Source of the DNA: Candidatus Hydrogenedentota bacterium
GTDB taxonomy: Bacteria; Hydrogenedentota; Hydrogenedentia; Hydrogenedentales; SLHB01
DNA length: 64,000 nucleotides
Reading direction: 5' to 3'
Assembly: GCA_045863335.1 (NCBI GenBank)
Contig: BTVY01000007.1
Location: forward strand, 1 to 64,000
Of the stretch, positions 9,377 to 18,648 are shown piece after piece (position 1 is the stretch's first letter; the number at the start of each line of letters is the position of its first letter). The notes below the pieces were generated by a model. That model was not told the origin of the DNA. It searched no databases and saw only the letters and a program-made list of their open reading frames with translations. Both the position numbers and the translations under genes were made by a program.

Positions 9377-11223
9377 GTCTGCGTGACTTCCTCCTCCACA
9401 TCCTCCAGGAAGTAATTGTACGTACGGGCGCCCATTTCCTCAATAATTTCCCAGGCGTCGTTCGGGTCGACGGCCGCGATGAGCCGTTCCCGCACGATGG
9501 GGTCGGAGACCATGCCGGCCAGCCCCGCCATCACCTCGAGGTGATGCTTCTCGTGTTCCGTGGGGGTGGCGATTACCATGATGAGTTTCGCGGGCTCCCC
9601 GTCCGGCGCGTCAAAGGGCACGCCCTTGCGCGAAATCCCGAGGACCCCCTGCACCTGGTCGGTGATATCGAGGCGACCATGGGGAATCGCCGCGCCGTGG
9701 CCGATGGCGGTGCTGTGCTGTTTCTCCCGTTCGACGATGGTGTCGTACAACTCCGCGGCCTGCGACTTGTCGAGCCGGTGCGCCTTCATGAAGAAACCGG
9801 TAAGCTGTTGAAGCGCGTCCCACTTGTCCCCGGCTTCCAGGTTGGTGAGGATGAACTCCTCCTGGAGGAACTCCATGAGCCGCGGGCGGTCGAGGCCGGC
9901 CTCTTTGGAACGATTTACCGCCATCCGCGTGAAGAGCGGGCCGATGATTTCGTTGATGGTGACCGCGGCTACCAATAACGTGCCGACGCGCAAGGTGATC
10001 TCCGACGGGATGCGCGGATCGCCTTCCAGCAGGACCAACAACCCAATCACGACTCCCGCCTGCGGCACCAGGGCGAACGGTACACTCGTCGCAATGCGCG
10101 GCGAGCATCGGGTGATGCGCGCGCCAGCAAAGGCCCCTGCCACCTTGCCCGCGGCGCGCGCGACCACGTACACGAGGCAGAAGATGCCCGCGGACACGAG
10201 GGCATCGAGATGGACCGACATACCCGCGAGGGTGAAGAAGCAGGTGTACAAAATGGGCTCGATGGGTTCGAGTTCGCGGACGAGCCGGTCGGTTTCCTTG
10301 GACAGGTTGCCGAGGCAGATTCCGAAAACGAGGCACGCAATAAGGGGGCTGAGATTCAAGATCGCCGCCGCCTCGGTACACACCAGGATCGCGATGATGA
10401 GGATGCTGAAATCATGGGTGTGCGGCATATGAACCAGCTTGTCCACCACCAACCCCACGACCACGCCCACACACAGCGAGCCGACGAGTTGAATCGCCGT
10501 CGTAAGGACCGCCGCCTGCACGCCCGCGGTCGGCCCCGATCCCGTGAAGTAATTGGCCACGAGGGTCTGAACGAAGGCGAAGACCGTAATGCAGAGTCCC
10601 GCGTCAATCGCCACGACGCCCAGGAGTGTCTTCACGAAGGGTCCCTTGGCACGCATTTCGCGAATGACCGCGAGGGACGTGGCTGGGGCCGTCGAAATGG
10701 CCAGGCTCGCAAGCAGAATGGCAGTGACCCAATCCGCGCCGAAGGCAAGCGTGAGCGCGGCCACGCACGTGAAAGCGGCGGACGATTCGAGCAACGCAAT
10801 GCCGAGGATACGCTTCAAGGCGGAACGGATGCGCCGGTACGAGAGCTGATGGCCCACGGCCACGGCGATGAGGGACGTGGCGAAGGTGGAAAGGGTTTGC
10901 AGGTTCCGGGGCACGTCCATTTCACGAAATACGGTCAGGCCAATCGCGGCGCCGACGACGATATTTCCCGTGATCGCGGGCACGTGCAGCTTCCTGGCCA
11001 GCCATCCGCCGAACAAGCCCGCGAGCACGACGACGGAGAGCAGGAACAGCGCACTGGATTCCCGCGACGCGGCATCTGTAAGTAACTCGATGATAACGGC
11101 ATCCCCGATTCGACAGGTCTTCGTGCCGCCGGACCTCGGCCCTGCAAACTCGTGAACAGGCGGCGTCCGCATTCTAGTGGCGCGTTTGATCCCGGTGCAA
11201 CTATGTTCCGCATTACCTCCCAC
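9373..11223 (-). CDS. cation:proton antiporter (CPA) fused to a C-terminal PTS EIIA domain
   Basis: Many TM helices, STAPA motif, FFTLAG; C-terminal EREKQHSTAIGHGAAIPHGR (EIIA phospho-His); true start probably downstream of 11223. Confidence 0.85.
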   Translation of the reverse strand: MGGNAEHSCTGIKRATRMRTPPVHEFAGPRSGGTKTCRIGDAVIIELLTDAASRESSALFLLSVVVLAGLFGGWLARKLHVPAITGNIVVGAAIGLTVFREMDVPRNLQTLSTFATSLIAVAVGHQLSYRRIRSALKRILGIALLESSAAFTCVAALTLAFGADWVTAILLASLAISTAPATSLAVIREMRAKGPFVKTLLGVVAIDAGLCITVFAFVQTLVANYFTGSGPTAGVQAAVLTTAIQLVGSLCVGVVVGLVVDKLVHMPHTHDFSILIIAILVCTEAAAILNLSPLIACLVFGICLGNLSKETDRLVRELEPIEPILYTCFFTLAGMSVHLDALVSAGIFCLVYVVARAAGKVAGAFAGARITRCSPRIATSVPFALVPQAGVVIGLLVLLEGDPRIPSEITLRVGTLLVAAVTINEIIGPLFTRMAVNRSKEAGLDRPRLMEFLQEEFILTNLEAGDKWDALQQLTGFFMKAHRLDKSQAAELYDTIVEREKQHSTAIGHGAAIPHGRLDITDQVQGVLGISRKGVPFDAPDGEPAKLIMVIATPTEHEKHHLEVMAGLAGMVSDPIVRERLIAAVDPNDAWEIIEEMGARTYNYFLEDVEEEVTQT

Positions 11224-11253
11224 TTGGCCGCGAGCCTCAGGGCGTGTTAGAAT
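11224..11253 (+). promoter_or_regulatory. possible sigma70 promoter (extended -10)
   Basis: TTGGCC-N18-TAGAAT with a TGn extension, upstream of 11279. Confidence 0.35.
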
Positions 11254-11278
11254 GCCAGCGAAGGGGTGACATGAATCC

Positions 11279-11749
11279 GTGAAAGAGCATCTTTCAAAGA
11301 CCGCCCGGACTTACGCGAAGAACATTGGCAAGCACGTGAAGCGCGTGGTGTTCCGGCAGGAATCCTTGAGCGACGCGGCTGCGGGCATCGCCGACGATTC
11401 GGACAAGCTCTTGCGCGCGGTCAAGGGTTCGCGGAAGCAGGGCGATCACCATCGCGCCGCGCGGTACGTGGAGAAGGGCCGGAAGGCCTACAACCAGAAA
11501 CGCTATGAAGCTGCGGAGGACGCCTTTCGCAAGGCGCTGCTCGAAGACGCCGAATACGCCCTCGCCCATTGTTACATGGGGTCCGCGATGTACAAGCAGG
11601 ACAAGCTCAGCGAAGCCATCAAGTACTGGACGAACGCCGTCAAGCTCGCACCGGGGTCGGACGCCGCGGTCCGCGCGGAGAAGAGCCTGAGCCGGGTGCG
11701 CGTACAGCGGAAGAACGTCATCACCTCGCTCGAGGAACGCATTGAGTGA
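11279..11749 (+). CDS. TPR repeat protein
   Basis: GRKAYNQKRYEAAEDAFRKAL and AHCYMGSAMYKQDKLSEAIKYWTNAVKLAP. Confidence 0.8.
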   Translation: MKEHLSKTARTYAKNIGKHVKRVVFRQESLSDAAAGIADDSDKLLRAVKGSRKQGDHHRAARYVEKGRKAYNQKRYEAAEDAFRKALLEDAEYALAHCYMGSAMYKQDKLSEAIKYWTNAVKLAPGSDAAVRAEKSLSRVRVQRKNVITSLEERIE

Positions 11750-12896
11750 ATCAAGCCTGACTGCCTTCGACTACCATGTGCCGACTCGCATCGTCTTCGG
11801 TTCGGGCCGGTTCGACACGCTCGCCGAATATTCCCATTCCCTGGGCAAACGCCCGCTCCTGGTCACCGGTAAGAATTCCGCCCGGCGCATTGGCGCGTTG
11901 GACCACGCCCTTTCGCTGTTGGAGCATGCGTCCGTGTTTGATGCCGTCGAGGAAAACCCCAGCACGTCGACCTGCGAACGGGCCGCGGATATGTGCCGGC
12001 AACTGGGTTGCGATCACATTATCGCCATCGGCGGCGGCAGCCCCATGGACGTTGCGAAAGCGGTGGCCGGGCTGGCGGTGAACAACGGCGCCTGCGCGGA
12101 CCATTTCGGATCCGGCGGATTGCCCAGCGGCGCACTGCCCATCATCGCCGTGCCCACGACGGCCGGGACGGGCAGCGAGGTCACACCCTATTCCGTGCTG
12201 GTGGACGAGGCGTCCGGCACGAAACGGACGATTACGTCCAAATCCATTTTTCCCAAGGTCGCCATCCTGGATCCCGACCTCACGAAACGCCTGCCCCGCG
12301 GTGTAACGATTCATTCCGGACTCGACGTGCTCAGTCAAGCGATGGAGGGAATCGTGTCCAAGAAATCGACGCCGGTCGGGGACGCCCTCGCCCTGGACGC
12401 CTGCCGCCGCGTTTGCACGTATCTTCCCCGGGCCGCGCGAGACGGCGAGGACATGGAAGCGCGCGCGGCGATGTTGTACGCGTCCATGCTGTCGGGCTGC
12501 GTCATCGCTCAGGCCGGCACGACGCTGGTCCATGGCATGGGCTATTACTACACCCTCGAGTGTGGCGTGGCTCACGGCTTGGCAAACGGCCTGCTCCTGG
12601 CTCCCCTGTTCCGTCACAACGCACAGCACGCGCCGGACCGGGTAGCCAGCATCGTCGAGGCACTCGGCGGAAACCCGAAAGGGGACCTCGCCCAGGAAAT
12701 TACCGCGTGTCTTCACGGCCTATTTGCCGAACTCGAGATATCTCCCGCCGCAGCGAACCATGGGGTCGATCGAGAGCGGTTGACGGCCTTCGCGCGGGAG
12801 GTGGCAAGCGATCCGTACCGGTTCCGGAACCAGATTGGGGAGATCACGGAGCCGCTAATCTGCGAATTCTACGAGGATTCGTTCCAAGGGACCTGA
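11742..12896 (+). CDS. iron-containing alcohol dehydrogenase family
   Basis: GGGSPMDVAK, PTTAGTGSEVT, LDPDLT, VHGMG, HGLAN. Confidence 0.92.
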   Translation: MSESSLTAFDYHVPTRIVFGSGRFDTLAEYSHSLGKRPLLVTGKNSARRIGALDHALSLLEHASVFDAVEENPSTSTCERAADMCRQLGCDHIIAIGGGSPMDVAKAVAGLAVNNGACADHFGSGGLPSGALPIIAVPTTAGTGSEVTPYSVLVDEASGTKRTITSKSIFPKVAILDPDLTKRLPRGVTIHSGLDVLSQAMEGIVSKKSTPVGDALALDACRRVCTYLPRAARDGEDMEARAAMLYASMLSGCVIAQAGTTLVHGMGYYYTLECGVAHGLANGLLLAPLFRHNAQHAPDRVASIVEALGGNPKGDLAQEITACLHGLFAELEISPAAANHGVDRERLTAFAREVASDPYRFRNQIGEITEPLICEFYEDSFQGT

Positions 12897-13012
12897 TGAA
12901 TCGCGCTGACGATGTATCTTTGCAAGCAGTTACGTTTCAGCAATTTACGAAATAATTCGGTCAAAACTTGCGCATAGAGACCCGATTGGTTGCGAATTTT
13001 TCAGCCGGGCGC

Positions 13013-13040
13013 TAAAGTATGGTCCGCCCAATGCCGATAA
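13013..13040 (+). promoter_or_regulatory. sigma28 (FliA)-type promoter of flgM
   Basis: TAAAGTAT...GCCGATAA; perfect -10 box, TAAA-N16 spacing (consensus N15). Confidence 0.75.
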
Positions 13041-13101
13041 ATGAAACGGAAGAAAAGGCTTCAAAGGAAGCCGGACGAATTGATTTTGAGGAGATGGACT
13101 T

Positions 13102-13401
13102 ATGGCTGGCATCAAGGGAATAGGCGGGATACCTGAACCCGCACCCGATCGGTCGGCTAGCGTCCGGGACAAGAAACGCGACGAAACCGTCAAGAGCGCC
13201 CAGTCTCAAGACGATGTGTTGATCAGTTCCGAAGCGCAGGCTGCGGCGAAACTCGCCCAGTTGCTTCAGGTGGCCCGGCAGCAAGGCGACATTCGCGCCG
13301 AACGCGTGGCCGCCGCCAAGGCCGCCATCGAACGGGGCGACTACAAGAAACCGGAAGTTGTGCAGGAAGTCGCCCGCCGCATCCAAGATTTACTCGGCTA
13401 A
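13102..13401 (+). CDS. flgM: FlgM-like anti-sigma28 factor
   Basis: 99 aa; DDVLISSEAQ, DIRAERVAAAKAAIERGDYK, EVARRI; sigma28-type promoter upstream. Confidence 0.82.
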   Translation: MAGIKGIGGIPEPAPDRSASVRDKKRDETVKSAQSQDDVLISSEAQAAAKLAQLLQVARQQGDIRAERVAAAKAAIERGDYKKPEVVQEVARRIQDLLG

Positions 13402-13403
13402 CG

Positions 13404-13456
13404 AACCGCGATCGCATCGCTCCCCCCTGAGGATTGAGTGCGCATCGCGGTTTTTC
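13404..13456 (+). terminator. terminator after flgM
   Basis: AACCGCGATCGCA...TGCGCATCGCGGTT stem followed by a T-run. Confidence 0.65.
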
Positions 13457-13473
13457 TATGTCTGGTCCCTGAA

Positions 13474-13652
13474 GTGCCATGGGCTTCCAGCCCAGGATTC
13501 GAGGTGCCTCGGGCTTCTAGCCCGAGATTCCCACCGCGACTGAAACTGGATCAGCAGCCGCGATCCGTGCGATGTTGTCGCGCAACTCCGATCTCTGAAG
13601 AGGCCATGGGCAGGATGCCCATGTGTGCTCACGGGCAAGATGCCCGTGCCAC
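13474..13652. repeat. REP-like palindrome cluster
   Basis: GGGCTTCCAGCCC, CTCGGGCTTCTAGCCCGAG, CATGGGCAGGATGCCCATG, CACGGGCAAGATGCCCGTG. Confidence 0.7.
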
Positions 13653-13730
13653 CTCGAAGACCTGCCACCTCGAAAACTTCCCACCTGGGGACTTGTTTTT
13701 CTTGTGGCCCGTGGTGCGCGCGACCTGGCG

Positions 13731-15140
13731 TTACCGCGACTGGAGTAGGTACAGCCTCTTCTCGCCGCGGAGCAGGATGCTTGTGCGGCCTTTGCCGCTG
13801 AGGTCGGCGGAGAACTCCACACATTCGATGGGCTCTTCGAAGGTGCGCGTCCAATCGGGATCGCGCGACATACCGTCCGCGGCGAACCAGAGATGGTAAT
13901 TGTTGGGCTCCGTGCTGAAGCCCAGATCGGTCAATGCGTCCCCATCCACGTCCACCATCGCGATGTTCGCGACGGGGTTGCGGTTCAAGAAGAAGTTGAT
14001 GGGAACCTTGGCGGAAATCATCCCTGCCGGTTTCGGGTCGTATCGCGCGTTGTCGGGAACGTACAGATGGATCGCAATGCGCACCGGCCACGATCGCCCG
14101 ACGACGGTCCGCACGAGGGAATCAATGGACACGCCGGGCCGCGGGGCGTCCCACAACACCAGATCGAAATACCCGTCCCCGTTAAAATCCGGATTGTAGG
14201 TGTAAGCCTTGGTAAGCCAGCCTTCGTCTTCTTGCTTGAAGAGCGTTCCCGGGTACCGGCGGATGGGGCCAATCTTGGATTCGGAGCGTTCGTGTATCCC
14301 GGCGTCGCCGGAAACGGTTCGCAGATGGACCAGCGTGCTCCCGGAGCCGTCACTGCGATAGACGATGTAGTGGCGGGTGGTCTGATCGGCCCGCAACAGC
14401 GAGGCGTACCATTCGCCCGCATAGGGACCGCTGTTTTCGGTCAGCGTGGTGAAGTCGCTGTCAGCGGCGGGATTGGTCAGGTCGTTGATTAGCGCTCCGG
14501 ACTGCGCACTATCACTCTCTATCGGAAAATCGGACGGTAGCTCGCGTGAAGTTACGGAGTATACATCGGCCCAGTGAGTTCCCCGACCCTCGTACTCCTG
14601 AACCCAGGACGGAGACCAATACAGGCGGTCCGAATTGTCGTCGCCGCCCGTCGCATATCCATAGTCTTCGATCAACTCACCGGACAGTCTGTACAATCGC
14701 ACTCCGGCCGCGTGGGGTAACACGATCGCGGGTGCGCCCAGGTACGGCGAGACGAAGACCTGCGAGCTTGGGGGCCCCACCATCAATGCATACGTGGATT
14801 CCGCCTCGAAGAGCACCTGACGGGACGGCACCTCACCCGGCGACAATTCCAGAGCGACAATCTTGCTTCCCTCGATGACGACCACTTCCGATGCGCCATC
14901 GTCGTCGATGTCGTAGACGTCGTACGCGCGATCGCTCTCGGAGAACGAGAACTCAGTCACGATCTGATTCGAGTAATGGATGCGCACGTTACGGCCCGAC
15001 TGTTGCCAGAGGTCGGCCTCGCCGTCCGCGTCGATTTGGACCGGAAAGACGCGCGCATCGGGATCCAGCAAGGGGATCTCTCGAACGTCAACCGCGCACA
15101 GGCTCAAACTGAGGGCTGCTGCCAGGGAAAACAGACTCAT
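13731..15140 (-). CDS. secreted FG-GAP/VCBS repeat protein
   Basis: Signal peptide; DIDDDGASEV, DFNGDGYFDL, DVDGDALTDL, DLSGKGRTSI. Confidence 0.8.
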   Translation of the reverse strand: MSLFSLAAALSLSLCAVDVREIPLLDPDARVFPVQIDADGEADLWQQSGRNVRIHYSNQIVTEFSFSESDRAYDVYDIDDDGASEVVVIEGSKIVALELSPGEVPSRQVLFEAESTYALMVGPPSSQVFVSPYLGAPAIVLPHAAGVRLYRLSGELIEDYGYATGGDDNSDRLYWSPSWVQEYEGRGTHWADVYSVTSRELPSDFPIESDSAQSGALINDLTNPAADSDFTTLTENSGPYAGEWYASLLRADQTTRHYIVYRSDGSGSTLVHLRTVSGDAGIHERSESKIGPIRRYPGTLFKQEDEGWLTKAYTYNPDFNGDGYFDLVLWDAPRPGVSIDSLVRTVVGRSWPVRIAIHLYVPDNARYDPKPAGMISAKVPINFFLNRNPVANIAMVDVDGDALTDLGFSTEPNNYHLWFAADGMSRDPDWTRTFEEPIECVEFSADLSGKGRTSILLRGEKRLYLLQSR

Positions 15141-16624
15141 GGCGCGTTGTCCCGAGTGAGATACACGACGCTGCGGAATATTTCATCGCCGGCCTCAGAA
15201 TCGCAAACTCCGACAACGAGGTCGCTCCGTCCATCGCCATCCAGATCGCATACGCCGAAATCCGTAATCTCCGTGGAGTCCACCGTGGCGTACGGCTTTC
15301 CCGAAAGCCCGGAATCGGTCATCAGGTAAACCGACAACCGCGTGGGCCGTTCTTGCACCAATACATCGTTGCGGCCGTCGCCGTCGAAGTCTCCTCGGTA
15401 ATCGAAAAGCCGCCCGCTCGTATACCGCTGTTGCATCGGCGACGGTTGCACGATGGGCTTCCCTAATTCGAGCGTGAAGGTGCGGGTCACATCCGGCGAT
15501 TGCGCGAAGGAGCCCGTTTTCGATTGAAAGTGAATGCGCACTTCGTGCTCGAGCTGGCTGCGCGTCATCACACGGAGGAAGGTCTCGCGCAATCCCGCGT
15601 CAAACAAGGTGGTTCGATCGACGATCAAGTCCTGTCGGCCGTCCCCGTTCATGTCGCCAAAGGCAGGTGCGGTGCTCAATGAGGTGTTCCGGATCGTGTC
15701 AAACGATCTTCCGCCATTGGTGGAAACATGAACGGAGAACGTAGGTGTAGGTGTCGCTTTGTCGGTATTGTAAGAAACTTCGTCCGCGATGAAGTCCACG
15801 TGCTCGTCTTTATTCAGGAACACTGGCAATCCTCTTACCGGGTTGGATTCCGACAACACGGTACCATCCGCGCTCAACGAGTACTCTTCTCCCGAAAGGA
15901 TGTCGTACTGTTCCAAGACCCAACGACTCTGACCCTGCATGTGATCGAAGATCTGATCGCGAAGCAACAACACGTGATTGCCCTCGATGGCGAAGCGATG
16001 AGTGAATGCCACCACCGGCAATGCGATCCTCCTCCGTGCCTCGGGCCAAAGCAGTGCGTCCATAGGCAATACGGCGGGTTGGGCGTTGTAACGCAGAACG
16101 CCCGCAGGCGCAAAGAAGGGCCCCTTCCGGGCAAACACGGCGAGCCCGTTTTCAGAAGGCAGCACGATCTCGGGCCGGTCGTCGCCGTCGAGGTCGTACA
16201 GGAACCGCTCGAAGTGGTGCAGCGGACTCTGCACGGCCGGATCGCGATCGTCGCCCATGCCGGTGGGGGTCTCTGGTGGAAAGGCGATTTCCTGCTGAAG
16301 GATGCGCTCCCACTTCCCGTCCTTCCAGCGAAGGACACTCAACGCGGACGCGAACCGGACGTACAACTCGCCCTCCCAGATATCGGCCGCGCCACGGCCT
16401 TCAAACGTGGGCAACGGGTGAACGCGATCGTTTGCGAACCGGCCGTCAACCTGCGGCACGAGCGATTCTCGCGTAAGAATGTCGTTCAATCCGTCCCTGT
16501 CGAGATCGACGTAGCGCACGTATTTATCTGACACCGGTTCCTGAGATCGTGGGATTTGGATATCGAGGTCCTGCTTCACAAACACGGCGCTGTGGATCGC
16601 CACCATGAGGACGGCGGCGATCAT
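15137..16624 (-). CDS. secreted FG-GAP/VCBS repeat protein
   Basis: Short hydrophobic N-terminus; DLDRDGLNDI, DLDGDDRPEI, DMNGDGRQDL, DFDGDGRNDV, DLDGDGRSDL. Confidence 0.82.
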   Translation of the reverse strand: MIAAVLMVAIHSAVFVKQDLDIQIPRSQEPVSDKYVRYVDLDRDGLNDILTRESLVPQVDGRFANDRVHPLPTFEGRGAADIWEGELYVRFASALSVLRWKDGKWERILQQEIAFPPETPTGMGDDRDPAVQSPLHHFERFLYDLDGDDRPEIVLPSENGLAVFARKGPFFAPAGVLRYNAQPAVLPMDALLWPEARRRIALPVVAFTHRFAIEGNHVLLLRDQIFDHMQGQSRWVLEQYDILSGEEYSLSADGTVLSESNPVRGLPVFLNKDEHVDFIADEVSYNTDKATPTPTFSVHVSTNGGRSFDTIRNTSLSTAPAFGDMNGDGRQDLIVDRTTLFDAGLRETFLRVMTRSQLEHEVRIHFQSKTGSFAQSPDVTRTFTLELGKPIVQPSPMQQRYTSGRLFDYRGDFDGDGRNDVLVQERPTRLSVYLMTDSGLSGKPYATVDSTEITDFGVCDLDGDGRSDLVVGVCDSEAGDEIFRSVVYLTRDNAP

Positions 16625-17412
16625 GCCTGGATGTTCCGGCGGCGGAGGGCGTAGATGGCGATAGCGGTGAAGACGACGATGGAGCCGAGCGAGGTGGCGA
16701 GGCAGTAGTACAGCTCCGGCGTCCAGCTCGCGTCGATGCCTTCGCTGTTCATGGTGAAAACGTACCAGGGGGACTCCAGGTAGGTGGAGAACAGGAAGGG
16801 CGCCACGTGCAGCGGATATTTAATGGCGTCCAGCACGATCCAGATGCCTATGGCGGCGCCCACGGCCGCGCCCGTGCTGCGGACCAGGGTGGACAGCATG
16901 AGCGCGTAGGACACTGCCGCAAACTGGGGCAAGAGCACGACCAGCGTGCCCAGTCCATACATGGCGATCATATGCGTGCTCGTGTACAGCATCTCGCCGC
17001 CGTATTCGACGCCGTTTAGTTTGCCCCGCAATGCGGCGATGGCCCACGTCGCCAAGGCGACGAGGAGAGTGAGCAGAGCGGCGTAGGTCATGCCATGCAA
17101 GAGTTTCGCGAGCAGAAATTCGTGGCGATGCAGAGGCCGCACGAGGATCATTCGGATCGTGCCGTTGGACGTTTCCGACGAGACCAGCCCGGCGCAGTAG
17201 GTGAGAATGAGGAGCAATCCGAGCAGGTTCAAGGCCATGGGCGTGGCGAAGGCGATAAAGGCGTACGCGCTGGCGCTGTCCTCGCGGATGGGCTGCATCA
17301 GCGGGGCGAACGCCGCCATCACCACCACCAGCACGGGGCCTACGTAGGCGGACTTCGACCGCATGGCCTTGATGCATTCGACGAGATACCCGTTAACCAC
17401 GCGGTGAATCAT
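16621..17412 (-). CDS. ABC-2 type transporter permease
   Basis: About 6 TM helices; SSETSNGTIRMILVRPLHRHEFLLAK. Confidence 0.88.
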   Translation of the reverse strand: MIHRVVNGYLVECIKAMRSKSAYVGPVLVVVMAAFAPLMQPIREDSASAYAFIAFATPMALNLLGLLLILTYCAGLVSSETSNGTIRMILVRPLHRHEFLLAKLLHGMTYAALLTLLVALATWAIAALRGKLNGVEYGGEMLYTSTHMIAMYGLGTLVVLLPQFAAVSYALMLSTLVRSTGAAVGAAIGIWIVLDAIKYPLHVAPFLFSTYLESPWYVFTMNSEGIDASWTPELYYCLATSLGSIVVFTAIAIYALRRRNIQA

Positions 17413-18308
17413 GAGTGCAGCACCTTGACGAAGTAATCCTGCAAGGTTCGCCGCTTGGGCAGCACCCCGGAGATGCGGTAGCCCGCGCCGATGAGGAATG
17501 TCGTCAACTGATGGACCGACCCGCCGTTCAACGCGACACTCACGCGGCCCGGCAGCACGGACACCGATTGAACCCAGGGCTGCTCTTTCAACCGTTTCGC
17601 GGCGGCTTCGGGCGCGTCGAGCAAGACATCCGCCTGCGAGGTGTCATAGGAAATCAGCCGGTCGGTTTCTTCGCAGGCCAGCAGCCGCCCCTGGTTCATA
17701 ATGGCGATGCGGTCGCAGAGGGTTTCTACTTCGTGGAGCATGTGGCTTGAAAAGATGATCGTCACCTTCGCCTCGTCAGCCAGGAACCGCAGCAGCTTGA
17801 GTATCTCCTGCGTGCTTTCCACGTCCATCCCGCCGGTGGGCTCGTCGAGGATCAGCAGGTCCGGCTCGGTCAGGAGGGCCTGGGCAAGCCCAAGCCGCTG
17901 GCGCATGCCGTGGGACATGGCCCCGACCTTACGCCCACCCAGGTGCAAGAGTCCGACCCGGTCCAGGGCGCGGTCCACGGTGACTTCTTTCCGCGAGAGC
18001 CGGGCCAGCAGTTGCAGGTTTCGTTTCGCGGACAGGTGGTTGTAGAAAGACGGCCGCTCAACCATAACGCCGATGCGCGCGCTCACGTCGAGGAAATTGC
18101 GGCGCAAGTCCTTTCCGAAGAGGCTGATCGTGCCGGAGGTCGGGGGAATAAGGCCGCAGAGGGCGTAGAGGGTCGTGCTCTTACCGGCGCCGTTGGGCCC
18201 CAACAACCCGAACACTTCGCCTTCCTGTACAGACATGGTCAGGCCGCTGACCGCGACCACCGATCCGTAACACTTGGCAAAGCTTTCCGTCTGCACGCAC
18301 GCAGCCAT
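17409..18308 (-). CDS. ABC transporter ATP-binding protein
   Basis: GPNGAGKST, MSHGMRQRL, LILDEP, SSH; start trimmed to MAACVQ. Confidence 0.93.
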   Translation of the reverse strand: MAACVQTESFAKCYGSVVAVSGLTMSVQEGEVFGLLGPNGAGKSTTLYALCGLIPPTSGTISLFGKDLRRNFLDVSARIGVMVERPSFYNHLSAKRNLQLLARLSRKEVTVDRALDRVGLLHLGGRKVGAMSHGMRQRLGLAQALLTEPDLLILDEPTGGMDVESTQEILKLLRFLADEAKVTIIFSSHMLHEVETLCDRIAIMNQGRLLACEETDRLISYDTSQADVLLDAPEAAAKRLKEQPWVQSVSVLPGRVSVALNGGSVHQLTTFLIGAGYRISGVLPKRRTLQDYFVKVLHS

Positions 18309-18390
18309 GCGGCGGATAGTATCAATTTCGGGGATGGCAGTTCCAAGTGAGACGGGAGGCTGGAGGCGGGAGGCTGGAGGAACGCAAAAG

Positions 18391-18490
18391 CACACGGACC
18401 TACACGGACCTACACGGACCTACACGGACCTACACGGACCTACACGGACCTACGCGGACCTACGCGGACAGGCACGGACCCTCACGGACT
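18391..18490 (+). repeat. 10-bp tandem repeat (TACACGGACC) x about 10
   Basis: Five exact TACACGGACC copies plus degenerate flanking copies; GGAGGCT-like heptamers just upstream; complementary TCCGTGT tracts near 18620-18647. Confidence 0.9.
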
Positions 18491-18648
18491 GCCGCGCCGG
18501 CACGGACTCATGACCACGGGCATGGCGTAGGGACGGGCAGAGACCAAGCCAACGAACGCGGACGATCGGTGAAGCAAGCGAAGGGACCCGCGCGAAGGAG
18601 ACTGCACCTGGTTGTGCCTATCCGTGTTGGTCCGTGTCGGTCGGTGTC

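Noticed and set aside
18391-18490. Possible CRISPR array
   Set aside because: 10-bp units with no unique spacers, and no cas genes in the window
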